NCBI GenBank assembly: GCA_951406725.2
Contig: OX597822.1
Coordinates: 50,158,001-50,222,000, forward strand
Direction: 5' to 3'
Source of the DNA: Octopus vulgaris
Lineage: Eukaryota
DNA length: 64,000 nucleotides
Of this stretch, positions 14,316 through 28,150 are shown piece by piece. The translations under genes were made by a program, and so were the position numbers. Under the pieces are notes generated by a model. It did not search any database and was not told where the DNA came from. It saw nothing but the letters and a program-made list of their open reading frames with translations. Positions within the stretch are counted from its first letter, which is position 1; each line of letters begins with the position of its first letter.

Positions 14316-16139
14316 CGTATATTTGCCTGAAATAGTAAATGATGGAAATATAGAGAGAATGACGTAATAAAAGAAAAGGACAATAAACAATAATGACCGA
14401 AGAGAATTAGTGTCTGATTGAAAAATATCGTTTCTGTCGGGGAAGAAAACTGGGGTAAACTACATGAAATATCTCTGGATGTGGCTATTACAACAAATAC
14501 TATTGAAAAAAAAAACTATGAAGCTATTAACTGACCTATGAAACAAGGGCTAGAACCATTATTTGTTTCTAGCACCTACAAAATAATCAGATTTAGTAAG
14601 CTCTGTTACAAAAAATACCAGAAGAACGAGCAGTGATTATATTTCTCCATTATTAGATTGCTTCGAGTTTCATCACGTTATTCTATTTTTCTTTCAGATT
14701 TAGGAACTACCACTATTGAAATACATTAAGTATTTGTTTTCTTACCATTCCTTTGCCCAAGTCAATAAAGCTGGGGTCAAATAAAAAGATATCTGTGACA
14801 GGGAAGGATACCCTTATGGGTGTTACGGACGTACATGTCTTTCATTACTCATACTGTTATGACACAGCTGAAATGTAATTACGTTTTAAGGTTACACTTA
14901 AAATATACTTAAAACTGCTAGTAATATGAGGATCAGGCTTTCCTTTACGCCCAAAATACTGCGAAAGGACAATGATATTCCAAAGAAGGTTCATGGCCTT
15001 GTAAAGCCTTATTATAGAGATATGACTGAGACAAACCTAACCCAAAGATATTGCCAGATGTGGTATATCAAAATAACACATCTTGTGAAACTAAATTGAG
15101 CAACATTCAAAATACGGGGCAAGATCAATTTTCCATCATCTAATTGCGTTATGGAGTTACAAATTGGAGGCCATGTTCATTATCTCAAAACTGGTCAATC
15201 TCATAAAAGTTGTCGAGACTTTCTAACAGAAGGAAGGTAAATTTAACTTGTTATAGAAAAATACAATAAATATCCTTCTACGTCTTTGAGGTATTGGTTC
15301 ACGACTTTTCAGCCAGGCAGCTCAATACGCTTAAAATTCTGGTAAAACGCTTGAGAGATTCACACATATATGAGAAATGTCTACAGCATTTCTGTTTTTT
15401 ACTTAATACATACATTTTTCGCTGATATTATTGATTATTCACTACTATAAAAGACAATAAGGCAAAACATAATAGCGATCGTACAGGAATGTATGTTTGT
15501 TGTTAAAATCTTACATATCTCGAATGGTGAAACTGATACAAGGGGAAAAGAAACAGCTGTAACTCACGTGTGTAGACTGTTCATTATGGAGTGGGACGTC
15601 AAGGCAGCAGTGAGCATGAAACCATTCTTCGATGAATGAGCAGGGTTGCATACATTTGCGAGACATCGTTGTAAGGGATCGGCATATGTGGCTGAAGTTT
15701 CGAATGTGGCAGAAGAAAATATCATCCAAATCTATGGGCAATTTCTATGCAAACAAAATCAAAGAAGAACAATGTTTTTATTTTAAGACAAGTGCCATGT
15801 GTTGCACAGCATTGGTCGTTCTCTCCCCAGAAAAATATTACAAGGTCTATTATTTAATAGAATAAATACGTGAATTGTTAATTTCTGGAGATTATCTTCT
15901 CTTTGCATGCCGAATCGTTCACAGTTGCCGCTAGTATTTTATTAATCTCTTCAAGGAAATATAATTTCAATAAATCAAGAGTTTATGATGTATTGTATTT
16001 GATATAACTTTCATAGTTTTATTTGTTCATATCTATGTACAAAACGTTTCATCATTTGGCAAGTGTAAACACAGCTATTAAGCAGCGTTTCTAGTGTTGC
16101 CAAATGAGCTATGAAAGATATACCTTTGTGCGCCGCGTC

Positions 16140-17011
16140 AGGCTATATGCACTGGGTGGCGTGGGGAATCAATGAAGAGAGAAGGTGAGTAGGATTGAAG
16201 AGAAGTAGGTGTCAGAAGAAGAAAAGAGAGGGGGCAGGAATGAAGAGAGTAAGTAGGTATCATATAAAGAGAGGAGTCAAATGAAGAGAGAAGGGGAGTT
16301 GAGCCCAAGCGGAGAAACGGAGCGAAGAGAGAAGATTCATTTCTGTTCGCGTCGAAGGCGGGAGTCCGGATGGCCACTGTGAAAAAACAAACCGTAAAAA
16401 CAGCAAATGAGCGTTAGAGCGGAAATGGCGCAAGACGGGGGTGTAATTGGCGAGTCTAATGTTTCAGAGTTTCCCTACGAACCGCTCAGTTTAACGGCGT
16501 CCCCTTTGCCCGATTTAAAGAGAAGAGGAGAAAGAGCAGGAGATGAAGTAAGCGACATTGATAAAAGTGCAGCTGAAGGAGATGGTGATATGATAGGGAG
16601 GATGATGGGTGCCTGTGAGGATGGTGGTTTAGGGGCATGTGCAGCAGCTTGGACGGGAGTAGGAGAATGAACCAGGTTGGGAGTTGGGGTTTGGGAAGAA
16701 ACTAGACAAGGAGGTACCGCAGGTTGTAGACTCATTTGAAGGAGAGAACTGGTTCGTTGGGAAGATTGTGCGAGGCAGAGGGGCTGGACTGGAGTCGCTA
16801 AAAGGCTCGGAGAATGGGGTAGAATGTAGGGTTGGTAGGTGAGAGGAAAAGGGAGACGGGCAACACCGGGCCAGGGGCGGGGTGAGAGGGCATAAGCACG
16901 GTCCATGGAACGTTCTCTGGTATGGGCTGTGTGGATAGTAGTGAGGGGATATCCACGAAGGGTGAAGTAGCGAGCCATGAATTGAGATTGAGTATCAAAG
17001 TCACGGTTGTC

Positions 17012-17015
<4 letters not shown>
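16140..17015 (-). mobile_element. Penelope-like element 3' fragment (RT thumb, Cys linker, GIY-YIG), frameshifted
   Basis: DFDTQSQFMARYFTLRGYPLTTIH...LPFPLTY...ILRAF; homologous throughout to the plus-strand copy at 17621-18300. Confidence 0.75.
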
Positions 17016-17058
<43 letters not shown>

Positions 17059-17062
<4 letters not shown>

Positions 17063-17307
17063 TTATAAATGTGGGTCAAAAGTTGGTATTAATTTTATAA
17101 TACCATTAATTTAACACCAAGTGGCTTAGCACGTAAAACTAGGGAGATAATACAAATGTATACATACATTATTAGAGAGTTACCACTATGTGGATAGCTC
17201 TAGTGCTAAAAATAGCTCCGTTAGTATAGCCACAGAAAAGATGTTTCCAATTAGAAATAACATTACATTTAACGGAAGGAAAGTGAAACATAACGAAGAA
17301 ATAGATA

Positions 17308-17308
<1 letters not shown>
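17059..17308. repeat. Short non-coding module between two (TA)n tracts
   Basis: Starts tataaatgtggg...ccaagtggc, a terminus shared with the modules at 19341, 34425, 35079 and 36575. Confidence 0.55.
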
Positions 17309-17378
<70 letters not shown>

Positions 17379-17620
17379 ATGTTGTATTCCGTTATTCCGT
17401 TAAGAACGTGTTAGAGCACATCATAGAACTGGGTCAATTTCAGAATAACCCAGTAGTATTGGTAGGATTTTTATATACTTCGAACCTTAACATCGGGCAT
17501 TAACATTTGGGTATGTATATGAGTGTGTGTGCAGGAATATATGTGTAAGTATATATAAGTGCGTATATGTGTGTGCAGGGTGCACATAAAATAGGTTTGT
17601 GTGTGAGAATATATCATTGG

Positions 17621-18300
17621 TGTATATCCCCTCACCACTATCCACATAACCCAGGGCAGAGCACGTTCAGTAGACCGCGCTCAACGCGTCGTTGCCTTCT
17701 CCTGTTTCCCTTCACTTACCCCACTTCCACCCTGCCCCTCCAATGCAACATTCTCCGAGCCTTCTGGCGACTCCGGTCCAGCCACTTCCTCTCGCACATC
17801 TTCCCCGACCTAACCCTTCCCTCCTGGTCTACAGTTGCTTCCCTAACCCCATCAACCAACCGGCTCGTTCCTCTGCTCTCGGCCACGCTGCGTATTTGCC
17901 CCTACCTCTCCAAAACCACCATCCTCACAAGCACCCTCATCGTCTCTATCATATCATCGACTCCTTTAAAAGTCCTGCTGTCAACGCAATTTACTGCATC
18001 TCCTGCGCGTTCTGCCCTTCTCTTTACATCGGTCAAACGGGACGCCGCTTGGCTGAGTGGTTTGCAGAGCACCTCCGAAACATTCAGAGTCGCCAAAGAC
18101 ACCTCGGTCACCGGTCATTTACTAAAAATACCCGTCTGTGTTAGAATTGTCCTTCCACAGGGAACATTGGGACTCCCGCCTTCGCCGAGAAAAGGATTTA
18201 ATTTTCACACTTCATTCCTTGTGTCACAGGGGCTGTAATTCCCTCCTCTCCTCTCTTCTTCTGACACCTACTTCCTCTCATCACTTCTAACAACTAACTT
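17621..18300 (+). mobile_element. Penelope-like element 3' fragment with GIY-YIG endonuclease (Neptune-like Cys linker)
   Basis: ORF 17692-18144: NAIYCISCAFCPSLYIGQTGRRLAEWFAEHLRNI is a canonical PLE GIY-YIG (Y.I.C..C...YIG.T.R.L..R..EH). Upstream YPLTTIH and FPFTY...ILRAFWRL are PLE thumb/linker motifs. Confidence 0.85.
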
Positions 18301-18785
18301 ACTTCATAGATACCATCTGCAACCAAACTCAACCCTACACACTCACATCCACCTCACACACATCCCCACATCCATGCACCACCACACTCCCACAACACAT
18401 CACACTATCCCACACCTCTCCCCGCACACTAGAAATAAAAACTTCCCATCAAACATAACACACACCATCATCTGCACACCCATAAACACTCATCCGCACA
18501 CCCTCACACGCTCATCTGCACACCATCATCCTCACATCCACATCTTACAGACACCAGACATACGTACATATCAGTACGTCAAAGCCACTAGCCCCTATCC
18601 ACTCACATATTCCCACATACACACAAGCACACGTACCTTCGTTTCATTATATCCCCTTCTGTCTACCTCTCCTATCAATCCTTTTTTCTCAACCAGTCGT
18701 CATGCTTCATCGCTAAATCCACTAATACACCTGCCTGTTGTTCATACATATGTCTTCGGATTTTTAATGTAAATTTCAATTTCAA

Positions 18786-18786
18786 C

Positions 18787-18855
<69 letters not shown>

Positions 18856-19186
18856 ATATATATGTATATATGTATATATATGTATATATGTATATATATA
18901 TATGTATATATATATATACATATGTATATATGTATATATATATATGTATATATGTATATATATATGTATATATGTATATATATATATATGCATATATATA
19001 TATATGTATATATATATATATGCATATATATATATATGTATATATATATGCATATATGTATATATATATGCATGTATATATGTATATATATATATATATG
19101 TATATATATATCTGTATATATGTATATATGTATGTATATACGTATGCATGTATATATGTATGTATGTATATATGTATGTATGTATG

Positions 19187-19220
<34 letters not shown>

Positions 19221-19294
19221 TGTATGTATGCATGTATATATACATGCATGTATGTATGTATGCATGCATAAATGCATACGCGCATAAATGCATA

Positions 19295-19340
<46 letters not shown>
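18786..19340. repeat. (CT)n followed by a long degenerate (TA)/(TATG) microsatellite
   Basis: Direct reading; source of six overlapping artefact ORFs. Confidence 0.95.
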
Positions 19341-19342
<2 letters not shown>

Positions 19343-19440
19343 TAATAATAAAAGGGTGAAATTAATTAATTAGGGATAATTATCAATTACACCAAGTAGA
19401 TTTCGGTATGTAAAAGCCCCATTCGAGGAAAATTTAAGTA

Positions 19441-19661
19441 ATACTAAGTAATTAAGGGTTTAGCAACGAATTGCCTCACCAACACACCGAATTTAGAAAT
19501 AGCAGTCAAAGAGATATAGCTATTCCTTCTACTAAAAGGGGGATCTCAGTTACTGAGATCCCCCTTTTAGTAGAAGGAATAGCCAAATCTCTTTGACTGC
19601 TATTTCTAAATTCGGTGTGTTGGTGAGGCAATTCGTTGCTAAACCCTTAATTACTTAGTAT
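19441..19661. repeat. Near-perfect 221-bp palindrome (110-bp arms, centre 19551)
   Basis: atactaagtaattaagggtttagc...ggatctcagt-t-actgagatcc...gctaaacccttaattacttagtat; 2 mismatches seen. Confidence 0.95.
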
Positions 19662-20722
19662 ATATATATATATATATATAAAATCCAAGTAAAGGTTATA
19701 TTAGCCTCATAGATAGATGGTATCATAGAAGAAGATACTGGTTCTATTCCGAATTGTAGGGGTGAGGTTAATATCCATAAAATAATAGGTCTCTGGATAA
19801 AATATGGTTTATAACCCTGCAAATGAAAAATTATTAAATGGAGGTATTGGATTTAATATGAATAACATTCTACCGACATTTGAGCGACCATACATTATAG
19901 CTAAAGTTGGTAACTGTTTGACTATCATTCTAAATTTTGAAAGCACATATTTGGTAATATTCAGATCTGTTTGACTATTATTTATACAACTACTTTTTCA
20001 TTAATAACTAAATTAACACATTATTAACAACAATATAACAACAAAATATGCACACATATTTTTAAATTTATATTTTAATATTTTATATCTTCTTTTTTAT
20101 ACATTTGTTCATGATGATTATTTAATTTAAACATCATTTATATTATTATATTACACATCCATTACATCTATATTTAGTATCTTTTTTATACCAATCACCC
20201 ATTGTTAGTAACACATGCTTTAACTATTTAATTTATTCTATGTTCTGAATATAGACAATTGGCAACACATACATGAGTTTGACTATTATTCAGAAAACTA
20301 CCCTTAAATAATAATCATATTACCGCTTTTTAAGAAAACAAAACCAAAAAACGCCTGATATGTATTCACATATCTATATTTATATAATTTATATATTTTA
20401 TACTTTTAATATTTATTTTAATATACATGAATGTATGTGTGTATATGAATGCATAATCATGCGACTCTGTGTGTGTATGTGTGTGTGGATTGCCAGTGCG
20501 AGTGTATGGGCACAAGGAAAGTTATGTAATCATATATGTATATGTATGTACTGATTTCTGCGAAATACTATTTATATACACGTGTCTATGGCTGTATAGG
20601 TTGCTAACACAGACACGTACGTGCACATATGTGTACTATTGTAAGTACATGTTATTATATGTGAATATGTATGCAAGAATATATGTACAGATCTATGTGC
20701 AGATGTATTTATATGAGTGAAT

Positions 20723-20863
<141 letters not shown>

Positions 20864-21015
20864 TGTATATGTGCATGGTTGTGTGTATGTATATCTGTAT
20901 ATGTATATGCATGTATATATGTATGCATATATATGTGTGTGTGTTTGTGTATAAGTGTATATGTATGCATATAGATATATATATGTGTGTATATTCATGT
21001 ATGTGTGTATGTATG

Positions 21016-21056
<41 letters not shown>

Positions 21057-21099
21057 ATATTCATGTATGTATGTATGTATATATACACATGATTGTCTA

Positions 21100-21650
21100 T
21101 TCACACTATACCAAACCTATGGCCTCCAAATACTTGGTCCACCGGAACTCAGCTATCGTGGACAATGCCAAATTCAATTATTTATTGATGGCAGACCTCG
21201 TCATAGTAATGAGAAATGTGTCCTGCATGCATTTACCAGTATACAGCCATAGAAAGAGGATCAGAGTATACAAAGGAGTCACGAGGAAATTTGAAATTAT
21301 CGTACGTAACGATAGGAATGGGATTTCCCTATTCTGTAGGTTGAAGCCATGGAACACCATTCAATGGACTAAGAAGGAACTAGAGAAGGCCAACTCCTGG
21401 TACAAATACCAGAACGTCATGTTCGGACACCACCCCTACATGTGAACGACGTACCGCTTTAGAAGGACCCTAGAAACCTTAAGCTAAGAATTACGGTTGT
21501 AGCAAGGCCAGGTAACACTAACAAATCCCTAATAGGTAGAACCTTTCCTTTTAGCAGGAAGTGTACTGTATGTAAATTTAGCCCACAAATAAACTGTAAA
21601 GCCAGGAGTGTAGTCTATAGTATAAAATGTACAGAGGGACTGTGCAGTAA
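21100..21650 (+). mobile_element. Penelope-like element fragment (RT thumb to start of GIY-YIG)
   Basis: HYTKPMASKYLVHRNSA...MRNVS (PLE thumb); later NSWYKYQNVMF and NCKARSVVYSIKC (start of GIY-YIG); frameshifted. Confidence 0.65.
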
Positions 21651-22812
21651 CAAGACAATGATCACTTCATTTATCATGTTGTCTGGTAACGCACCATACA
21701 GTTATCCCCGATAAAGCCTCAACATGTAAGTACAAACTCTATAATACTGTAACATAGATTAGCACAAGAGATCGATTATGACACTTAGACTGTATACAAA
21801 TAATACGCCTATGAAAATGGTGAGATGTTAGAAAAGCAAGAGAGCTGTACATAGATTGTGTCCTCTGCATTGTCTATAATTTTATGGTACTAAAAATTAA
21901 AAGTTGATCCTTAGTAGTGGCCACATATTTTTGTTCTGTTTTTGTAAGATGTATCCTCGGAATATCTACATAAGTTCTTGATGGAAATACACTTAAGAAC
22001 ATTCTGTTCATATAGGTTTTATAAAGCGAAGCAGCAAGACATTTTTGTGAGTTCCCAACGGCATGTTCTATACATCTTAAAGAAATCTTCATTATGCCGA
22101 TAATTTTAGAGTAAAAACAATGAACTGTATTTCCTTCTCTAAAACATATATTAAGATGTTTTTAATATATGACAAACTATGTATTAGTTGTACATCTTTG
22201 GCAAAAGCGATTAGTAACGCCAATCAACAATATTATACAATTAATAACCATTATTGCGTCATTATGAGCTCGATGCTATGAAAGAAATAACGCTTCACAA
22301 ATTCAGAGATAGGTATTCTATATCGATCATAACACCGCATAATCACAACAGTTGAGTGCATTACATTCATTACAGATAATATGTGATGGTGTGTGCCAGG
22401 CCCGTGAAGGCAACAGTAATAATCAATTTAACACGATAATAGCTAAAGCTGAGGCAATATTAATTTGCACTGCATAAATACAAGATACCTGGAGTATTCT
22501 GAAAACGAATATTAAAAAAAAATAGATAATGAAGATAGGTTGAATTCTCTTGGCATCACGAACTTCATTAATAATAACTGTTCTTTAACTCGAAAAATAT
22601 TATCGATGTATTAAAAAGAAAGAAAACCATATTGCTTCATGTTTTCAAACAATAGAACGAAAAATTGACATATATCCTTTAGTTGTGCGTGAATTGCAAA
22701 TACTATTAGAAAATATATCAGCAAGTCAAATAACACTGATAGGCAGAAATATATGTATATAAAAGTAGTGCTTACTGCATATGTCTGTTTGTGCGCGCGC
22801 GCGAGTGCATGT

Positions 22813-22848
<36 letters not shown>

Positions 22849-22903
22849 TCTCTCTCCCACTCTCTCTCTCTTTCCCTCTCTGTCTGTCATTCTCTCTCTC
22901 TTT

Positions 22904-22939
<36 letters not shown>

Positions 22940-22940
22940 T

Positions 22941-23156
22941 TACTCTCTTTTACTCTTTTACTTGTTTCAGTCATTTGACTGCGGCCATGCTGGAGCACCG
23001 CCTTTAGTCGAGCAACTCGACCCCGGGACTTATTCTTTTTGTAAGCCCAGTACTTATTCTATCGGTCTCTTTTTGCCGAACCGCTAAGTGACGGGGACGT
23101 AAACACACCAGCATCGGTTGTCAAGCAATGCTAGGGGAAGAAACACAGACACACAA

Positions 23157-23187
<31 letters not shown>

Positions 23188-23354
23188 CATATATACGACA
23201 GGCTTCTTTCAGTTTCCATCTACCAAATCCACTCACAACACATTGGTCGGCCCGGGGCTATAGCAGAATACACTTGCCCAAGATGCCACGCAGTGGGACT
23301 GAACCCGGAACCATGTGGTTGGTTAGCAAGCTACTTACCACGCAGCCACTTCTG
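22941..23354 (-). mobile_element. Full-length tRNA-derived SINE with internal (CA/TA) tract and (GTAAAAGA)-type tail
   Basis: Head gtggctgcgtggtaagtagcttgc...ccgggttcagtccc has A/B-box-like motifs; a second copy lies at 37767-38162. Confidence 0.9.
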
Positions 23355-23375
23355 TTTTATATATATATATATATA

Positions 23376-23815
23376 AAACAAAATAAAGCATGGAGCAATA
23401 ATGTAACAGGCGACAACAATACATCTGGACAGTTAGAGGATGCAAAAAAGGACAGGAAAAAACAAGGTCGGGTCATTCTGAGCTTTCTGTCGCCAGTCAA
23501 GTTCCAGATCGTTATTGCAGTTTCAACCAGTTGCACTCTAGACAGCGCTAATCTGACTGGCCCCCAAAAAATCTAAGCTAAGAACACTAAATTTTTTGGA
23601 AGAAAGTAACCGAATGTATACGAAAGCAAAGGGACAGGATGAGGTAAGGGAGTAGGGAACGTGATGGGAATAAGGGGAAGGCCAAGTAATATGTGAGAGG
23701 GGGAGCGAGCGAAAAGCGGAAAGAACGAAGAAGGCGTGAAGGTGGCTAAATGAAGGAGTAAGAGAGTCGTACAGAATTTATATATATATACACAGTACAC
23801 CCACCCACAAACACA

Positions 23816-23854
<39 letters not shown>

Positions 23855-23878
23855 GAGACCAAATGTGTACGTACGCCG

Positions 23879-23930
<52 letters not shown>

Positions 23931-24235
23931 AGACAAAACCCAAAAATGGAAGAATAACGTAACCAGCGAATACAAAACATCCGATACAAAAAATGGACTG
24001 GAAAAACAAAGACGGATCATTCGGGTGTTTTGTATCGTCAGTCGAGTTCCAGATCGTCGTAGAAGTTTCGGCCGGTTATATTCGAGAGTGCTCCGACCTG
24101 GCTGCCCCCAAGAAAATCTAAGCTAAGTGTACTAGATTCATTGGAAGAAAGCAAGCGAATGTATACGAAAACAAGGATGAAAATGCAAAGAAATGGTACA
24201 CAATTACAAATACAATGTAATTGTGTACCATTTCT
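23376..24235 (-). repeat. Two diverged tandem copies of a ~250-bp module (about 23440-23640 and 23990-24180), each bounded by TA tracts
   Basis: Shared blocks agttccagatcgt, aaaatctaagctaag, ttggaagaaag and cgaatgtatacgaaa. Confidence 0.8.
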
Positions 24236-24860
24236 CCGGGTTTATTAAACGTGGTACCTTTTTGAATAATTACCTACAGAGACGCATCTGCGTCGAAGGA
24301 TGCATAATAAGCAGTTCTATAGTATTTCACCTGCGACGGATCGTTGTAAGATGAGTCGAACTGATCACTGTGATTAATAAAGAATCTCGTTTCCGTTTGT
24401 GTCATTTATTTCATACGCATGCGTGTGTTTGTATTTGTGATTATAGATATATATATATATATATATGCATACAGACAGACATACCTACATAAATACATAC
24501 ATACGTATATATATATATATATTAATATATATATATATAAATATATATATATGTATGTATGTATTAGTCAATTGCTTAACTATTCGATCGTTTCTTTAAC
24601 TGTCAACCGTTTGTTTTTTGTCCATTTATCGTTTCTTTTCGTTCGCCAAATCCTTTCGTTGCCATAACAACGTTTCCAGTGACTTCTGTGTGGATGCGAG
24701 TCTGGGTGTGGGTGAGTGTTTGTGTTTATGGGTCTCTGTTTTTTATTGTGTATATGCTGGTGATTGTTTTTGAACCAATGCACGAGTTGTTAATATCTGT
24801 ATAATGACTCTCAGTAGACGCAAGAAATATGTATTTGTGTATGTACACATTTATATACAT

Positions 24861-25231
<371 letters not shown>

Positions 25232-25318
25232 ATATTTTACTATAAAATTGGATTTAATCCTAAATCTGATTTTTTTTCCCTGTAAATTTGGATTTATTCC
25301 CTAATATTTATTATATAA

Positions 25319-25349
<31 letters not shown>

Positions 25350-25392
25350 TATATACAAGATTTAAGGAATGGAGTAGATAAGATCAAGCTTG

Positions 25393-25532
25393 CATATGTT
25401 TCATAGCAAGCGAAACCTCGAAAGTGCTAAATATCCAAACGAGGTGTATACTGCAGGCTACACCACGGGCCCAAGAGTAGCCTCGCTTGGATATTTACCA
25501 CATCCGAGGTTCTGCCTGCTATGAAACATATG
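25393..25532. repeat. Imperfect inverted repeat (52-bp arms)
   Basis: catatgtttcatagc...aaatatccaaacgagg / cctcgcttggatattt...gctatgaaacatatg. Confidence 0.85.
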
Positions 25533-25741
25533 TATTCTTATTTGTATATCCAGCAACCCTGGTTGCCTACTGTGAAATGTAAAAAGTACTTCTTTTCATT
25601 TTATCGAACATCGATAAGAAAAAAATCCACAACCTTCCGCATCAGTAAAACACTATTATCTCTGAAAGTTGATTTTTATATGTATTCCGGATTGCTTGAA
25701 GCTAATTTCCTCCTAAACCTCGATCATTAGATCTCATATTT

Positions 25742-25811
<70 letters not shown>

Positions 25812-26050
25812 CGATAGAGTAATATGCATCCATGTATATGCGCATGCATGTATGTATATGTGCGTGTATGTGACGTTTAATCTATCTGTTAAATGCAATT
25901 TTAAATGCGGCATAAGTTTGAGCAATTAACTTATTTAAATTTTTGAAATTCTCTGTAAAAACGTTGACAGAATATGACAAATTCTATCAGAATTATTTGT
26001 ATTTCGTATATTTGTCTCTAATAGATATTATAAACTTAAATGTCATCATT

Positions 26051-26051
26051 A

Positions 26052-26122
<71 letters not shown>

Positions 26123-26214
26123 TTAGTAGTATTAGTAGTAGTAGTAGTAGTAGTAGTAGCAGCAGTAGTATTAGAAGCAGCAGCGGCGGCAAGAGTATAA
26201 GCAGTAGTAGTAGC

Positions 26215-26250
<36 letters not shown>

Positions 26251-26386
26251 GTAGTAGAAGCAGCAATGGGGGCAGCAGTAACCGTAGCAGTAGTAGCGTA
26301 GTAGTAGTAGTAGTAGTAGTAGTAGCAGCAGCAGCAGTAGTATTAGAAGCAGCAGCGGCGGCAACAGTAACAGCAGTAGCAGTAGC

Positions 26387-26442
<56 letters not shown>
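26051..26442. repeat. (TAG)n/(CAG)n microsatellite with higher-order repeated variants
   Basis: Direct reading; tattagaagcagcagcggcggcaa occurs twice. Confidence 0.95.
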
Positions 26443-27654
26443 CCAGTTGAATATATTCAGATTTTCCTAAGAATATTTCAATATGATTAATGCAATTTCC
26501 CTAAACGTTGTTGCTTAGTCCATATAATCTTGAGTTAGCACATGCTCGAGTCATAATACCCTTCATTCATTCCTAACCTACCCCAATCATAGATAATCCA
26601 CTCACGACTTATACAACAGCCTCCAACCGACACCAGAACTTGAAAGATTTTTCAATGCGTCTAATGCCCAAATATTCTATTTCAACAACAAGAAATCATA
26701 ACTGATAATCCATAGTGAAATATCAAAATCCAGCATAATTTAATCAGAAATAAAACACAACTAGAGGGCACAATGTGACTCCAAATATTGAGTCACATTA
26801 TAACCGAGGATGTTTCCTGATAAAGTGTGTCCATAGCATAGCTAGATCTTTTCAAGTTCCTGTCCCTCTTTTCAAATCTGAAATTAGTCGGTAAAAAACA
26901 AATCTAAAGCAATGAAATGAGCTTCTGCCTGTTAATAATAAGGAGAGAAATGACGAGTCGCCATGAAGATTCCTACATTTGTATAATTGATATAAGTGGA
27001 TGTAGCATCAATATAAAATTGAAGATTTCCAAACTTGCTCTTAGGCTTCTGTAACTCATTGTGTCAGAATTAATTTTGATCTACTCAACTATTCTTAAAT
27101 ATTAATGGTGCACAACGGAAATAAGCCCGAAGGATGAAGTTACACACAATCCGGTGATGGAAGAGTAGCTAAATTTTCACCCAATCTGGATGGTTCTCAG
27201 AGCAAATTAAATATTCAGAGAGATCAGCAAAGTAATTCGTTGTATGTTGAATCAACATATCCTGCTAGCACTGGGAGCAAAATTTAAATTTCAATATTAG
27301 AGAAACAGTTTATTTCAGATCTACACTATGTAGAATGACATCAGTCATTGTCATGATCTATAAAATTCTTTTTAAATACAACGCGATAATTATATGTATC
27401 ATACGGATGCCTATATCTTTATTAAAAACTGAATGGCCAATTTAATGTGCGTCTCATTGACATAATTTAAATGTATTACCTATTATAACGCTAGCCCATT
27501 ATGTACATTTGAAAGGAAATTATAAAGTCACGTAAGTAGCACTCAAGAAGCGCAAATTGCTTCAAAATTTTTATCATGTGCGTATTTAAGTGATTGGTGT
27601 ACTCCTTAGGCAAAACAAAACTTTTCTTGTGCATTTATGAGAGTATAGTACTAA

Positions 27655-28150
27655 CAGGTTTCCCTACACGAGGAAGAAATGATCAGGAAGAGGATTTTTA
27701 GTGTTCGAAAGTGTAACACTCCGTAAAAATGGAAACATTTGCCGAGTATAAGTTAATAGAAGTAGAAGTTAGGTATCTTTGATCGACTGAAGATAAGAAC
27801 ATTGATAAAGAATGGGCTATTTATGAGTTAAGTTGAATATGTTGAGAATAATGCCTGAGAAGCATTCAAGAACATAAGTTATGAAAAGCTATTCGGACAA
27901 AAATAAATCCCCAAACAACAAAGATCTGATGAAAGTTACTTTTTTCCGTTTCGAATGCAAGTTTTATATTGCATTTCCTCCACAATCATTTAGACTACTT
28001 TCTTGTAAATTAATGGCTGTTGCGCCAAACAAGGAGAACGTTTCCATTCAGATAGAAAAAAAAACTTGCGGGAAAACATACGAGGAAAGCTAAGAAGCGG
28101 ATGCATATCGGGCTATTGTTAATATATGATATGAGAATAAATCGGAAGTG
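27655..28150 (+). mobile_element. Decayed DNA transposase C-terminus, Chapaev3-like (CMC) type
   Basis: Across frameshifts: ENNA*EAFKN...FG.NKSPN...HFLHNHLDYF...AV...QGERFHSD...GYC. This matches the recalled motif series AW..FK....FLGN.K / HFLHSHLDFFP.NLGAVS.EQGERFHQD / DYCW; family name is from memory. Confidence 0.6.

Noticed and set aside
14930-15865. Possible DNA-transposase remnant (VKPYYRDM..L.QR, QNN; ORF 15632-15865)
   Set aside because: Similarity to MULE or pogo motifs is too weak to call without a search
18742-19345. Long ORFs rich in Y/I/C/V/H/T (also at 20.7, 23.7, 24.8, 32.4, 36.0, 53.3, 58.1 and 59.3 kb)
   Set aside because: Translations of TA/CA/TATG microsatellites that lack stop codons
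26520-26900. Possible CR1/L2 3' remnant (TTRGHN)
   Set aside because: Only one short motif recognisable
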